Shown piece by piece: positions 1-8,091 of a stretch of DNA of 64,000 bases (position 1 is the first letter of the stretch; each line of letters starts with the position of its first letter). A program made the translations under genes and the position numbers. Below the pieces are notes generated by a model. It searched no databases. It was not told where the DNA came from and worked only from the letters and a program-made list of their open reading frames with translations. Location: positions 1-64,000 of the IMG/VR virus record IMGVR_UViG_3300027575_000002. One strand, given 5' to 3'. This stretch comes from a virus.

Positions 1-1016
1 CCGAGGACGTACACGACTGCTTCGGCTGGGCAACGCACAACCCATGCGGAGAGTGCTTCACCTGCCACATGGTCGAGGTATTCAGCGAGGTGCGGAGGGT
101 ACTGCGGGACGACGGTACGCTGTGGCTCAACTTGGGGGACACGTTCGACGAGGGGCAGATGCTGGTGCCGACCTCGGTGGCAATGGCGCTGAGGGCCGAC
201 GGGTGGCGACTGGTGCAGGACATCATATGGTACGCGCCGAACAAGATGCCGGAGAGCGTGACTAATAGGTGCTCCAAGAGCCACGAGCATATATTCTTGC
301 TTGCGAAGGGAAAGGACTGGTACTTCGATCACGAGGCGATAAAGGTTGGAGCGAAGTCTAAGTACAAGAGCAGCGACTTCATACCCAACAGCGACAAGGA
401 CAAGCAAGCGACAGCGGCGACAGCGGCATCTGCCAATGGTCGAGATGACGAAGTAATGGACAGAGATGTAAACAAGCGCGACGTGTGGGTCGTACCTGTA
501 GCATCCTTCAAGGGTGCCCACTTCGCCACATTCAGTCCACGCCTGATCGAGCCGTGCATACTGGCTGGAACCAGCGAGTACGGATGCTGCGCAGAGTGCG
601 GGAAACCGTATGAGAGGGTGGTGGTGAAGAGTGGGGCGGTCGTGGTGGGGAACGAGGGCAAGTACGACAGGAGTATAGCCAGCAACCGCAACGGTCTGCC
701 CGGCAGCAACTCTACGCTATCAGGAGTCCCAGCCACCACTACCACCGCAGGATGGCGGCAGGGGTGCGAGCACGTCGGCGCGGGCGTCGTGCCATGCCTG
801 GTCCTCGACCCGTTCGCGGGCAGCGGCACGACGCCGGCCACTGCGGTGTCGCTAGGCAGGCGCGGGGTGGGGATAGACCTGTCGGAGCGATACCTGCGGG
901 AGTTCGCGGTGCCGAGGTGCGAGGCGGCGATCAGCGGGGATAGGGCGGCAAGGAAGTCGCCGGAGGTGGTACTGAGGCCGGCGGTGGACGACTACGAACC
1001 GGAGGTGATACAGTGA
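1..1016 (+). CDS. DNA N6-adenine/N4-cytosine methyltransferase, 5' end outside window
   Basis: Frame 3 is open from nt 3 to the window edge; listed ORF 69..1016 is only the part after the first Met. HFATFSPRLIEPCI plus C-terminal SAM motif LVLDPFAGSGTT fit the N6_N4 MTase family (DPPY motif expected upstream of window). Ends in DDYEPEVIQ-stop. Confidence 0.85.
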   Translation, partial: EDVHDCFGWATHNPCGECFTCHMVEVFSEVRRVLRDDGTLWLNLGDTFDEGQMLVPTSVAMALRADGWRLVQDIIWYAPNKMPESVTNRCSKSHEHIFLLAKGKDWYFDHEAIKVGAKSKYKSSDFIPNSDKDKQATAATAASANGRDDEVMDRDVNKRDVWVVPVASFKGAHFATFSPRLIEPCILAGTSEYGCCAECGKPYERVVVKSGAVVVGNEGKYDRSIASNRNGLPGSNSTLSGVPATTTTAGWRQGCEHVGAGVVPCLVLDPFAGSGTTPATAVSLGRRGVGIDLSERYLREFAVPRCEAAISGDRAARKSPEVVLRPAVDDYEPEVIQ

Positions 1017-1603
1017 TCCTGTCGGGCAGGAAGTCAACCGAGCATCAGGGGCTGCTGTTCGACCCTGAGATACTGGAGGGACAGCACGGCGTTGTCCGGA
1101 ACGTGATAGGCGATCTGGCCGAGCGACTGACCGCAACGCTGGTCGGCGGGGTCAGGCACAAGACCGACTGCACTGCCGACTACTGTCCGGACGTTAGTGC
1201 TGGCACCAACTACTTCGAGTCCAAGGCAGTTGGCAGGAGCAGGACCGCGTTCGTGTACGGCGGCAGGTTGTTGAAGGACAGGGAGTTCGCGGCGACTCGC
1301 AAGTTGACGTACATCATCTGGCACCACCGGGTGCTGACCACCGAGGCCAAGTCGGTCGCGGAGCTGGAGAATATGGCGCTGTGTGGGCTGGTCGCCTGCT
1401 ACGCCGTGCCGTTCTGCGAGGTGGATAGGATATGCTCAGCAATGACGCCGGATAGACTCAACAGCAAGTACGGCGGGTCGGCGACCAGGCCGACATATGG
1501 GAGTGGGTACAGGATCAACCTCAAGCTACTCAAGCGGTGGGAGGTCTACGGGTGGGCAGACAAGCTGACAACCGCAGGTATAGTCACCAGCGCCAACTGC
1601 TGA
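1013..1603 (+). CDS. hypothetical protein, candidate PD-(D/E)xK nuclease
   Basis: GTG start overlaps MTase stop (GTGA), GGAGG 7 nt upstream. Motif CPD-x9-ESK (nt 1187-1225) fits PD-(D/E)xK spacing; no other recognisable domain. Confidence 0.55.
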   Translation: MILSGRKSTEHQGLLFDPEILEGQHGVVRNVIGDLAERLTATLVGGVRHKTDCTADYCPDVSAGTNYFESKAVGRSRTAFVYGGRLLKDREFAATRKLTYIIWHHRVLTTEAKSVAELENMALCGLVACYAVPFCEVDRICSAMTPDRLNSKYGGSATRPTYGSGYRINLKLLKRWEVYGWADKLTTAGIVTSANC

Positions 1604-1605
1604 TA

Positions 1606-1842
1606 ATGCTGATGGGGTCCAAGTGCCACTACTGCCCGGAGCGCAGGCCGTGGGAGCTTGAGTTCCACCACACCGTAAAGGTAAAGTGGTATCCTGCGAA
1701 GACATCGCGCCACCGCAGGATCAAGCTGTGGATGCTGGACTACTGCGAGGGAAGGCTGGTGCTGGCGTGCGGGACGTGCAACAAGAGGCAAGGAGTTCCT
1801 CCGTTGCCCAAGGGTGAAACGGAAGAACCGATACCATTCTGA
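1606..1842 (+). CDS. HNH endonuclease-like protein
   Basis: CHYC...LEFHH...ACGTCNKRQG pattern (CxxC, HH, CxxCN) typical of HNH; start taken at first ATG after the upstream stop. Confidence 0.6.
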   Translation: MLMGSKCHYCPERRPWELEFHHTVKVKWYPAKTSRHRRIKLWMLDYCEGRLVLACGTCNKRQGVPPLPKGETEEPIPF

Positions 1843-1844
1843 GG

Positions 1845-2063
1845 TTGAGTATGGGAGCCGTCATCGGACAGCACTACACTTGCAAGTCCAGCGCGTCGCC
1901 CGACTGCGTTGGTCAGACCTACGCCGTCCGTGCAGTGGCCACGGCTGTGCCGGAGTACCAGGAGAAGGTGGTGGTCGAGGGGGTGGACGGGCCAGATAGG
2001 GGGCGGTGGTTCGTGATGAGTGTCAATAGGTTTGAGAGGATGTTCATACCGAAGGATACGTAG
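1845..2063 (+). CDS. hypothetical protein
   Basis: 72-aa ORF directly abutting upstream gene; no recognised motif. Confidence 0.45.
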   Translation: MSMGAVIGQHYTCKSSASPDCVGQTYAVRAVATAVPEYQEKVVVEGVDGPDRGRWFVMSVNRFERMFIPKDT

Positions 2064-2080
2064 GATATACTCCCTACGAA

Positions 2081-2116
2081 TTTTTATCATATATAATAAT
2101 ATATAATAAAAATAAT
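2081..2116. repeat. A/T-only tract with tandem 10-mers ATATAATAAT/ATATAATAAA
   Basis: About 36 nt almost pure A/T in an otherwise GC-rich genome; tandem 10-mers at 2091-2110. Confidence 0.8.
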
Positions 2117-2232
2117 CCGTCCCTGGCCAGCTTAAGGTCGTACTTGCCTAGTGTATTCAAGGGATTTTGTATGGCAAGGGGAATTTTACCTATAGGTAAA
2201 AGTTATTATAGAGCAAGGCTCCGATTTTCCTA

Positions 2233-2260
2233 TTGCCAACCCGTTGACTTGGGGTAGAAT
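2233..2260 (+). promoter_or_regulatory. candidate sigma70-type promoter TTGCCA-N16-TAGAAT
   Basis: -35 at 2233-2238, -10 at 2255-2260; ATG of next ORF at 2269, so the transcript would be leaderless or nearly so. Confidence 0.4.
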
Positions 2261-2268
2261 GGATCGCT

Positions 2269-2475
2269 ATGGACACCGCGCCGAATACTGCTAAAGGTGA
2301 ATATCTGCACCACTCGATCAACGGTGGATTCCGGTACGCCTACTGGTGCTCTCACTGCAAACGCAAGTTTATCAGCGGTTCCCCAGAGGAGAGCACTCCT
2401 ATCTTGTGTCACGGGTGCTACACCGGCGGCAACGAGTATAATCGCAACAGCAGGTATGGAGTCAGAGATGTGTGA
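2269..2475 (+). CDS. hypothetical zinc-ribbon protein
   Basis: CSHC...CHGC pairs; first ORF after the A/T-rich region. Confidence 0.45.
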   Translation: MDTAPNTAKGEYLHHSINGGFRYAYWCSHCKRKFISGSPEESTPILCHGCYTGGNEYNRNSRYGVRDV

Positions 2476-2701
2476 CAATACTACTACCGCCGATGAGATA
2501 CTGAGGCTGAGACCCAACGCGGTATGCACGCGCAACCCCAGTTCTACTGGCTGGAAGGTGTACGACAGGATCGGCAGCATGTGGTCTGCGCTGAGCCACA
2601 GCTACCCCACCAAGGACGAGGCGTGGGCCGACGCGCTGGATTACCTGCGGTCGAGGACTGCTACGTCCCCTTCAGGAGTAGGCGCGGCCGCAGTAAAATG
2701 A
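2456..2701 (+). CDS. hypothetical protein
   Basis: C-terminal part of ORF 2297..2701 from internal Met (MESEMCDN...); upstream part overlaps 2269..2475 and looks non-coding. Confidence 0.4.
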   Translation: MESEMCDNTTTADEILRLRPNAVCTRNPSSTGWKVYDRIGSMWSALSHSYPTKDEAWADALDYLRSRTATSPSGVGAAAVK

Positions 2702-2892
2702 CCAACAGAATGCTACCACGATGCGAGGTCACCGGCATGCCGCGCCACGAGTCCAAGGTCCATGCCAAAAACGCGGCGAACAAGGCGAAGCGCAACTGCG
2801 GCGGAGGGTACAATGTGGGTAGAGTATACCAGTGCAAGGACTGCAAGGGTTGGCACTACCAGGGAAGCGCGGGCAACTTGACAAGGGAGTAG
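2698..2892 (+). CDS. hypothetical basic Cys-containing protein
   Basis: ATG overlaps the upstream stop; CKDCKGWHY motif. Confidence 0.45.
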   Translation: MTNRMLPRCEVTGMPRHESKVHAKNAANKAKRNCGGGYNVGRVYQCKDCKGWHYQGSAGNLTRE

Positions 2893-3000
2893 CAAGATGG
2901 ACGGAGACTACTGGCTGGACCGCAGGAGGAGCGAGGCCCTGCGACTGCTGCTGAGGCTGCTGGACGAGCGGCTCCCCCACCCCCTGGTGAAGGGGGGTCG

Positions 3001-3201
3001 GTGATGCGCAAGAGGAATCGGTGTACGACCTGCGGCGCGGAGATACCCGTCGAGCGCGTGCAGGCGATGGGCAAGGGCGTGGACACGTGCGTGGAGCACA
3101 GCGATGTGAGGATGCTGACCGTAGCGGACGTGGACGTAGACGAGGCGGACGGCGAGGACATGGTGCGCAGCTGCCAGAGTGCAACGCACGACCAGAGGTA
3201 A
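3001..3201 (+). CDS. TraR/DksA-type zinc-finger protein (tentative)
   Basis: RCTTCGAEIPVERVQAMGKGVDTCVEH resembles CxxCGxxIPxxR...CxxC of phage TraR/DksA C4 fingers (last Cys replaced by His). Confidence 0.45.
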   Translation: MMRKRNRCTTCGAEIPVERVQAMGKGVDTCVEHSDVRMLTVADVDVDEADGEDMVRSCQSATHDQR

Positions 3202-3213
3202 GGGGGAGCAAGG

Positions 3214-3405
3214 ATGTGGAATAATAATATCTGGAGGCGAGTTCACATCATACTACGGTACGGTCTGTTGTGGTTCATCGAGGCGACAAGGCTCTACTTC
3301 AGAGAGCTAGTCGATATTCGTAACAGGTGGCCCAGTGCTCCAGTGGCGCGGAGCGAATTTAACCAAGAGGTGTGGGCACGACCGGATCAGCGCGGGCCGG
3401 CGTGA
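3214..3405 (+). CDS. hypothetical protein (doubtful)
   Basis: Strong SD AAGGGGGAG upstream of ATG, but composition is atypical and the 3' half overlaps a structured region. Confidence 0.3.
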   Translation: MWNNNIWRRVHIILRYGLLWFIEATRLYFRELVDIRNRWPSAPVARSEFNQEVWARPDQRGPA

Positions 3406-3521
3406 GGCCGGCAGGTGGAAGACCAAGCGGTATCACTCGCAGGACCGCTACCCCAGTGACCCGTCGGACTCTAGACGTAATCCGAACCTATCTGGTACAA
3501 GGTGCTCACTGGGGTAGAAAT

Positions 3522-3588
3522 CAGCTCGTAGCTCAATGGCAGAGCAGGACAAATGTCTTGGTTGTAGGTTCGAGTCCTACCGGGCCGA
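3522..3588 (+). tRNA. tRNA-like element with truncated anticodon arm (not a canonical tRNA)
   Basis: Acceptor CAGCTCG/CGGGCCG (6 of 7 pairs), D-arm GCTC-AATGGCA-GAGC, T-arm GTAGG-TTCGAGT-CCTAC. Only 18 nt lie between the D and T arms: AGGAC-AAAT-GTCTT is a 5-bp stem with a 4-nt loop, so there is no 7-nt anticodon loop. Confidence 0.4.
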
Positions 3589-3601
3589 ACAGGGGGCGGA
3601 C

Positions 3602-3892
3602 ATGAAGAGGCTAGACAGCAAGAATATAGATTGCGACGAGTGCCATACCAATAAAGCGGTGATGGAGTTCGAGTGGTTCGAGACACTGAGCGGGCAGTTG
3701 GCGGCGTCGTGCGTGTGCGTGGACTGCCTGCGTAAGGCGGTGGAGATGATGGAGAACTGTTCAGACCAAGCGCAGAGGGGTACACCTCGTCGTGATTGTT
3801 TTGCACGGAATAAGCGAAGGCGAACGCTACGAGAGCAGTACACTGGCACAGACAAGGAACCTATCAAGGTAGTGGGCACACACCAAGGATAA
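3602..3892 (+). CDS. hypothetical Cys-rich protein
   Basis: ATG with GGGGG SD; CDEC...CVCVDC motifs. Listed ORF 3536.. would run through the tRNA-like element. Confidence 0.5.
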   Translation: MKRLDSKNIDCDECHTNKAVMEFEWFETLSGQLAASCVCVDCLRKAVEMMENCSDQAQRGTPRRDCFARNKRRRTLREQYTGTDKEPIKVVGTHQG

Positions 3893-3913
3893 CAGCACTG
3901 GTTTGTAGGGTTT

Positions 3914-4636
3914 ATGCATATGACAGCAACAGCAAACAAGCCGAGGTCAAAGCACACCCCGCTGGGTGGCGTGCAACTAGAGCAGCGCACCGCCGCCATA
4001 CACCGACTGGACAAGGCCGGGTTCACGCAGACGGAGATAGCCCTGCGCATAGGCACCTCGCAGGCCACCGTCCACTACCACCTGCGCAAGCTGGCCGAGG
4101 AGATGCGGACCTCGCGCATCAAGGACCGGGACGCCAACATAGACAGGCGCATCGCCGAGTTGCAGCTGGTCCGGCAGGAGGCGTGGGACGCCTGGGAGAA
4201 GAGCAAGCAGGACATGACCATGACCAAGCAGGAGCAGGGGCTGGTCAAGGTCTACAGCGAACCGGACGAGAATGGCAAGCGCCGCGCGGTGGGCGAGGAA
4301 TTGTCGCTCGTCAAGGTGATCGACTCCATCGAGAGCAGGCTACCCGGCTGCGAGTACCTCCAGGTCATGCGCCAGGCGACTATGGACATAGCCAAGTTGC
4401 AGGGGCTATTCGAGGACGTGACGAACAACAACACGCAGATCAACGTTAGCACCGGCCCTGCGCAGGTGGGGATATACCTGCCTGCCAACGGCCGCGATGT
4501 CGGAGGCTCTCCTTCAGGAGGTGCGGCGGCCATAGACATTTCCGCTCAAGATGTGACCGCGCCGATTGATTCTGACGCGGAGGTGGTAGAGTCTCCGGTT
4601 GACGACATTGAGGTACTGGAGAGGGACGAGGCATGA
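3914..4636 (+). CDS. candidate terminase small subunit (HTH protein)
   Basis: HTH-like GFTQTEIALRIGTSQATVHYHLRKL, coiled middle, acidic tail; lies just upstream of the large terminase. Confidence 0.5.
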   Translation: MHMTATANKPRSKHTPLGGVQLEQRTAAIHRLDKAGFTQTEIALRIGTSQATVHYHLRKLAEEMRTSRIKDRDANIDRRIAELQLVRQEAWDAWEKSKQDMTMTKQEQGLVKVYSEPDENGKRRAVGEELSLVKVIDSIESRLPGCEYLQVMRQATMDIAKLQGLFEDVTNNNTQINVSTGPAQVGIYLPANGRDVGGSPSGGAAAIDISAQDVTAPIDSDAEVVESPVDDIEVLERDEA

Positions 4637-4761
4637 CACCTATTGAAATGTACCTCAACGACCTGTCAGCGTGGGTATTCGGCTTGGGCACCGTCCGCGC
4701 ACCGTTGGTATACCGCGTCCTGTACCTACACCAGTGGAGTGATTCCTTCCAGGAGGTGTAG
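4633..4761 (+). CDS. small hypothetical protein
   Basis: 42 codons, ATGA overlap with upstream stop; ends 1 nt before the next start. Confidence 0.3.
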   Translation: MTPIEMYLNDLSAWVFGLGTVRAPLVYRVLYLHQWSDSFQEV

Positions 4762-4762
4762 C

Positions 4763-4957
4763 ATGTTTCGCAGGCCTTGGGGCGAGGACGACGACAAAGT
4801 GCTGCGCAGACTGCACTCCGCCGGTGCGAATGATGATACCATAGCCAGGGAGATGGGCCGTGGGCAGGACACGATTGCGAGCAAGCGCGGACGGCTTGGG
4901 TTGATCGCCAACAGGAGGAAGAACGTCAGGATAAAGGAGCCGATGAAGCAGTGCTGA
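4763..4957 (+). CDS. GcrA/Myb-like HTH protein (tentative)
   Basis: W-x7-L-x2-L...IAREMGRGQDTIASKRGRLGL resembles the N-terminal domain of GcrA-like regulators; SD AGGAGGTG. Confidence 0.45.
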   Translation: MFRRPWGEDDDKVLRRLHSAGANDDTIAREMGRGQDTIASKRGRLGLIANRRKNVRIKEPMKQC

Positions 4958-6414
4958 CCATTGCGCCAAAGCAGCGAGAGAGGCACCAGCGAACACCAGC
5001 GGAGGCCATACGCCCGCAGGGTGGCCCGCAGGAGAGGTTCCTCGCGTGTAGTGCCGACATATGCCTGTACGGTGGGAGCGCGGGGGGTGGCAAGACGTTC
5101 GCCTTGCTCATGGAGGCGGCGAGGCACATAGACAGGAGGGGGTACTCGGCGGTCATATTCAGGAGGACGTACCCGGAGGTGACACAGCCTGGGGGACTGT
5201 GGCCGGAGTCGATGAACTTGTATCCGCTGATGGACGCCAAGCCGAACGGCACGGAACTGTCGTGGAAGTTCCCGTCCGGAGCCAAGGTGCAGTTCGGACA
5301 CATACAGTATGCGAAGGACGTGCTGAGCTGGCGCGGGGCACAGATAGCCCTGATAGGGTTCGACCAGCTGGAGTCCTTCGAGGAGCAGCAGTTCTGGTAC
5401 CTGCTGTCGCGCAACCGCTCGACGTGCGGCGTGAGGCCGTACATCCGCGCGACCGCCAACCCGCAGCCTGGGTGGCTCGCGGACTTCATCGCGTGGTGGA
5501 TAGACCAGACTACCGGCTTCCCGATACCGGAGAGGTCAGGCGTGATACGGTGGATGGTGCGCAGGAACGACGACATAGTGTGGGGCGACGACCCGGCGGC
5601 ACTCCAGCAGGAGCACGGCACGACACCGAAGAGCGTGACGTTCATCGGTGCGAAGTTGACCGACAACCCTAAGCTGATGGAGGCGGACCCCGGATACCTC
5701 GCCAACCTGCAAGCGCTGCCGAGGATCGACAGGGAGCGACTGGAGAAGGGCAACTGGTCGGTCAGCAACAGCGAGTGCGAGTGGCCGGCGGAGTTCTTCG
5801 ACGGGATATTCTTCGACGAATGGCCGGAGAACTGGAGCACGTTCCGCAAGGTCATGGCACTGGACCCCAGTAAGGGCTCGGACAGCAGGACGGGCGACGA
5901 CTCCTCGTGGGCGATGCTCGCGGTGGACATGAGCAAGATGACGGCGTACTTCGACTTCGACATGGACAACAGGAGGCCGGTGGAGCCGCTGCCAAGCTCC
6001 CCAGGGATGCGCTCGATAGTCACGGACGGCATCGACCTGGCGGCGAGGTTCGGCCCGTGCGGTATCCTGATAGAGTCCAACGGGATGCAGGAGCTGATCG
6101 TGCTGCCGTTCATACGCTGGGCCACGCAGCGCGGGCTGCTGGTCCCGGTGTACCACAAGTGCAACACGGTCAACAAGGAGCTGCGCATCATAACCGGGTG
6201 GAACCCGCTGCTCGCCCAGCGGAGGGTCAAGGTCAAGAACACACCGGGGGGACGCAGGTGCATTCAGCAGCTCCGCGACTTCAAGCGCGACCAGAAGCCG
6301 TCCGCCGGGATACACGACGACGGGCCGGACTCCGGGGAGCTGGCGCTGGATATGTTTAATGAGACCTTAAGGCAGGTTGGCGTGCCTGCGGGAGTGTACG
6401 TATGCCAGGCGTGA
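4951..6414 (+). CDS. terL: terminase large subunit
   Basis: Walker A GGSAGGGKT, Walker B-like LIGFDQLESFEE, C-terminal nuclease-like region with conserved acidic residues; 487 aa. Confidence 0.9.
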   Translation: MLTIAPKQRERHQRTPAEAIRPQGGPQERFLACSADICLYGGSAGGGKTFALLMEAARHIDRRGYSAVIFRRTYPEVTQPGGLWPESMNLYPLMDAKPNGTELSWKFPSGAKVQFGHIQYAKDVLSWRGAQIALIGFDQLESFEEQQFWYLLSRNRSTCGVRPYIRATANPQPGWLADFIAWWIDQTTGFPIPERSGVIRWMVRRNDDIVWGDDPAALQQEHGTTPKSVTFIGAKLTDNPKLMEADPGYLANLQALPRIDRERLEKGNWSVSNSECEWPAEFFDGIFFDEWPENWSTFRKVMALDPSKGSDSRTGDDSSWAMLAVDMSKMTAYFDFDMDNRRPVEPLPSSPGMRSIVTDGIDLAARFGPCGILIESNGMQELIVLPFIRWATQRGLLVPVYHKCNTVNKELRIITGWNPLLAQRRVKVKNTPGGRRCIQQLRDFKRDQKPSAGIHDDGPDSGELALDMFNETLRQVGVPAGVYVCQA

Positions 6415-6575
6415 CTTGTCCAAACTGCGGCAAGGTGATGACCACGGCGACGGACACGGGTGCGGATGTTTGCGCGGAGTGCGGGCACACGTCCGAGAAC
6501 GGATGTGACTGCGACTACTGCTCGGAGGGCGAGACGCCGTTGTACGTGCCGGACCCGGTACATCCAAAAGGCTGA
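6402..6575 (+). CDS. small zinc-ribbon protein
   Basis: 57 codons, CPNCG...CAECG; overlaps the terL stop. Confidence 0.4.
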   Translation: MPGVTCPNCGKVMTTATDTGADVCAECGHTSENGCDCDYCSEGETPLYVPDPVHPKG

Positions 6576-6610
6576 CTACCCACCAATCGACCTAGGCGAG
6601 GACTACACAC

Positions 6611-6910
6611 ATGGCAGCAGCTAATCCCTGGCTCAACGGCGGCACCACGATAGCGGGAGTGGGCGGACCGGACGGACCGAACCTGTGTGCTCCGTGCCCC
6701 AACGTCGTACCGATTACGCTGAGCGACTCGGTAGACCTGGCGACCGTCTCGCGATATATCATGGTGGGGGCATCCGGCAACGTGACGCTGACGGACTGCA
6801 ACGCGAACAAGGCGGTGGTGTATATGGTTGCGGGGTACATGTACCCGATCATGGCGACGCGCCTGTGGAATACGGGCACGGCAGCCAGTGGTGTGGTGGT
6901 TCTGTACTGA
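6611..6910 (+). CDS. hypothetical protein
   Basis: 99-aa ORF, beta-rich, no motif recognised. Confidence 0.5.
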   Translation: MAAANPWLNGGTTIAGVGGPDGPNLCAPCPNVVPITLSDSVDLATVSRYIMVGASGNVTLTDCNANKAVVYMVAGYMYPIMATRLWNTGTAASGVVVLY

Positions 6911-6993
6911 GGGACGCATCAATGACATTCTGGATTATTCCGCTCGCGCTGCTGTTGTGGCTCGCGGGCGTGTACGCGGATAGGAGATAAATC

Positions 6994-7641
6994 ATGGCAA
7001 GAATCGACGAATACACGCTAAGCCAATCGGTGCCGTTTCAGCAACGGGCTATCAGCGCCGTTATCGACTATATCCTTGGCACGATCTACAAGGAGTGCGC
7101 CTACGACATTCAAACGATCAGCGTCAGCGGAGTGCCCACGGGAGGATCGTTCACGCTGACGGGCGGGCCGCTCGGAAGCAACACGGTCGTAATCCCGTGG
7201 AATGCAACCCCCTCGCAGGTGGCAGTGGCGATCAATGCTGTCCTGTCGATTCCCGCAGGCCCGATATGCTTCTGCCAAGGAACCGTTTTGCCCGCTGGTA
7301 GTGTCGTCGTGATCTGGGCCGGCACGCTTTCGCAGCAACCACAAGGGCTGATGTCCGTCGCGGCGAATGCCTTGACGGGCGGCACGGCACCAAACGCCAG
7401 CGTAGCTCATACTGTTGTCGGTGTGGCCCAAGACGCGCATCCTCTGCATTCGTCTTTGGCCAATCAAATTGTCGCTAACCCGTCAGCATTCATGGTTTCA
7501 CGCGCTCAGATGTTGGCCAGCGATGCAACGATCCAAGCAGATTATATGGGCGGGACGCCGGGGACGGAAACACAAATCACCGACGCTCACATTGATGCAG
7601 CAGTCGCGTCACAATTCAACCTCTGGAGTGGGGCATACTAA
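6994..7641 (+). CDS. hypothetical structural-like protein
   Basis: SD AGGAGA; Gly/Thr/Ala-rich 215 aa. Confidence 0.55.
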   Translation: MARIDEYTLSQSVPFQQRAISAVIDYILGTIYKECAYDIQTISVSGVPTGGSFTLTGGPLGSNTVVIPWNATPSQVAVAINAVLSIPAGPICFCQGTVLPAGSVVVIWAGTLSQQPQGLMSVAANALTGGTAPNASVAHTVVGVAQDAHPLHSSLANQIVANPSAFMVSRAQMLASDATIQADYMGGTPGTETQITDAHIDAAVASQFNLWSGAY

Positions 7642-8091
7642 ATGGCCGGCAACATCACCGAAAAAGCTGGCTCAGCCGTAACTACCGTTTCCAGCGGCGG
7701 CAGCGTCAGCAACGCGGCGGCGTCCATTGCGAACGGAGCCTCGAATCTCACTAATTCGACGGGCCTGTGCAATTCAACTATCGCCAGACTTACGGCTGCG
7801 GCCGGGTCTGTGCCAGCGGAAGGCGCTACGGTAAGCCTCTACCTTGTGCCAAAGGCGGATGGGACAAACATCGCTGGAGTCGATACATCGACGCCTTATC
7901 TTTCCCCCAACTACCTAGTTGGGTTTTTCTACTGGCCTGCGGCTTCGAGCGCATCGTCGCAGATCATGGACATCACAGGCATACCTCTTGAGGCTTACGA
8001 CTACGCCCCGTACATCATCAACAATTTGGGTCAGAGCATCAGTAGCGGATGGTCGCTTGTGTTCTACCCGACTACGGGGCAGTACACGTAA
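7642..8091 (+). CDS. hypothetical structural-like protein
   Basis: Abuts upstream stop; Ser/Ala/Gly-rich N-terminus. Confidence 0.55.
   Translation: MAGNITEKAGSAVTTVSSGGSVSNAAASIANGASNLTNSTGLCNSTIARLTAAAGSVPAEGATVSLYLVPKADGTNIAGVDTSTPYLSPNYLVGFFYWPAASSASSQIMDITGIPLEAYDYAPYIINNLGQSISSGWSLVFYPTTGQYT

Noticed and set aside
987-1016. The shared ...DYEPEVIQ-stop sequence might be nothing more than a conserved Shine-Dalgarno/translational-coupling cassette (GGAGGTGATACA) for the downstream gene.
   Set aside because: The copies at 58466-58495 and 45204-45236 encode the same peptide with different codons and contain no GGAGG. The copy at 58495 is followed by a convergent terminator, not a coupled gene. 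An RBS role may be an added function of three copies, but it cannot explain all five.
3522-3588. A functional decoding tRNA gene.
   Set aside because: Only 18 nt lie between the D-arm and T-arm. The best fold is a 5-bp stem with a 4-nt loop, so there is no 7-nt anticodon loop. It is kept as tRNA-like only.
4926-6263. Long antisense or out-of-frame ORFs. Examples: 4926-6263(-), 9699-10697(-), 19305-20894(+), 19651-20490(-), 22381-23526(+), 28957-29961(-), 34677-35789(-), 43170-44057(-), 56703-57842(-), 59946-61652(-), 60755-62023(-).
   Set aside because: All lie within or opposite ORFs with clear domain signatures. They translate to Arg/Pro/Ser/Gly-rich low-complexity sequence typical of shadow frames in GC-rich DNA, and they lack RBS-start logic. 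Only the last 60 codons of 22381-23526 are kept, as ORF 23344-23526.
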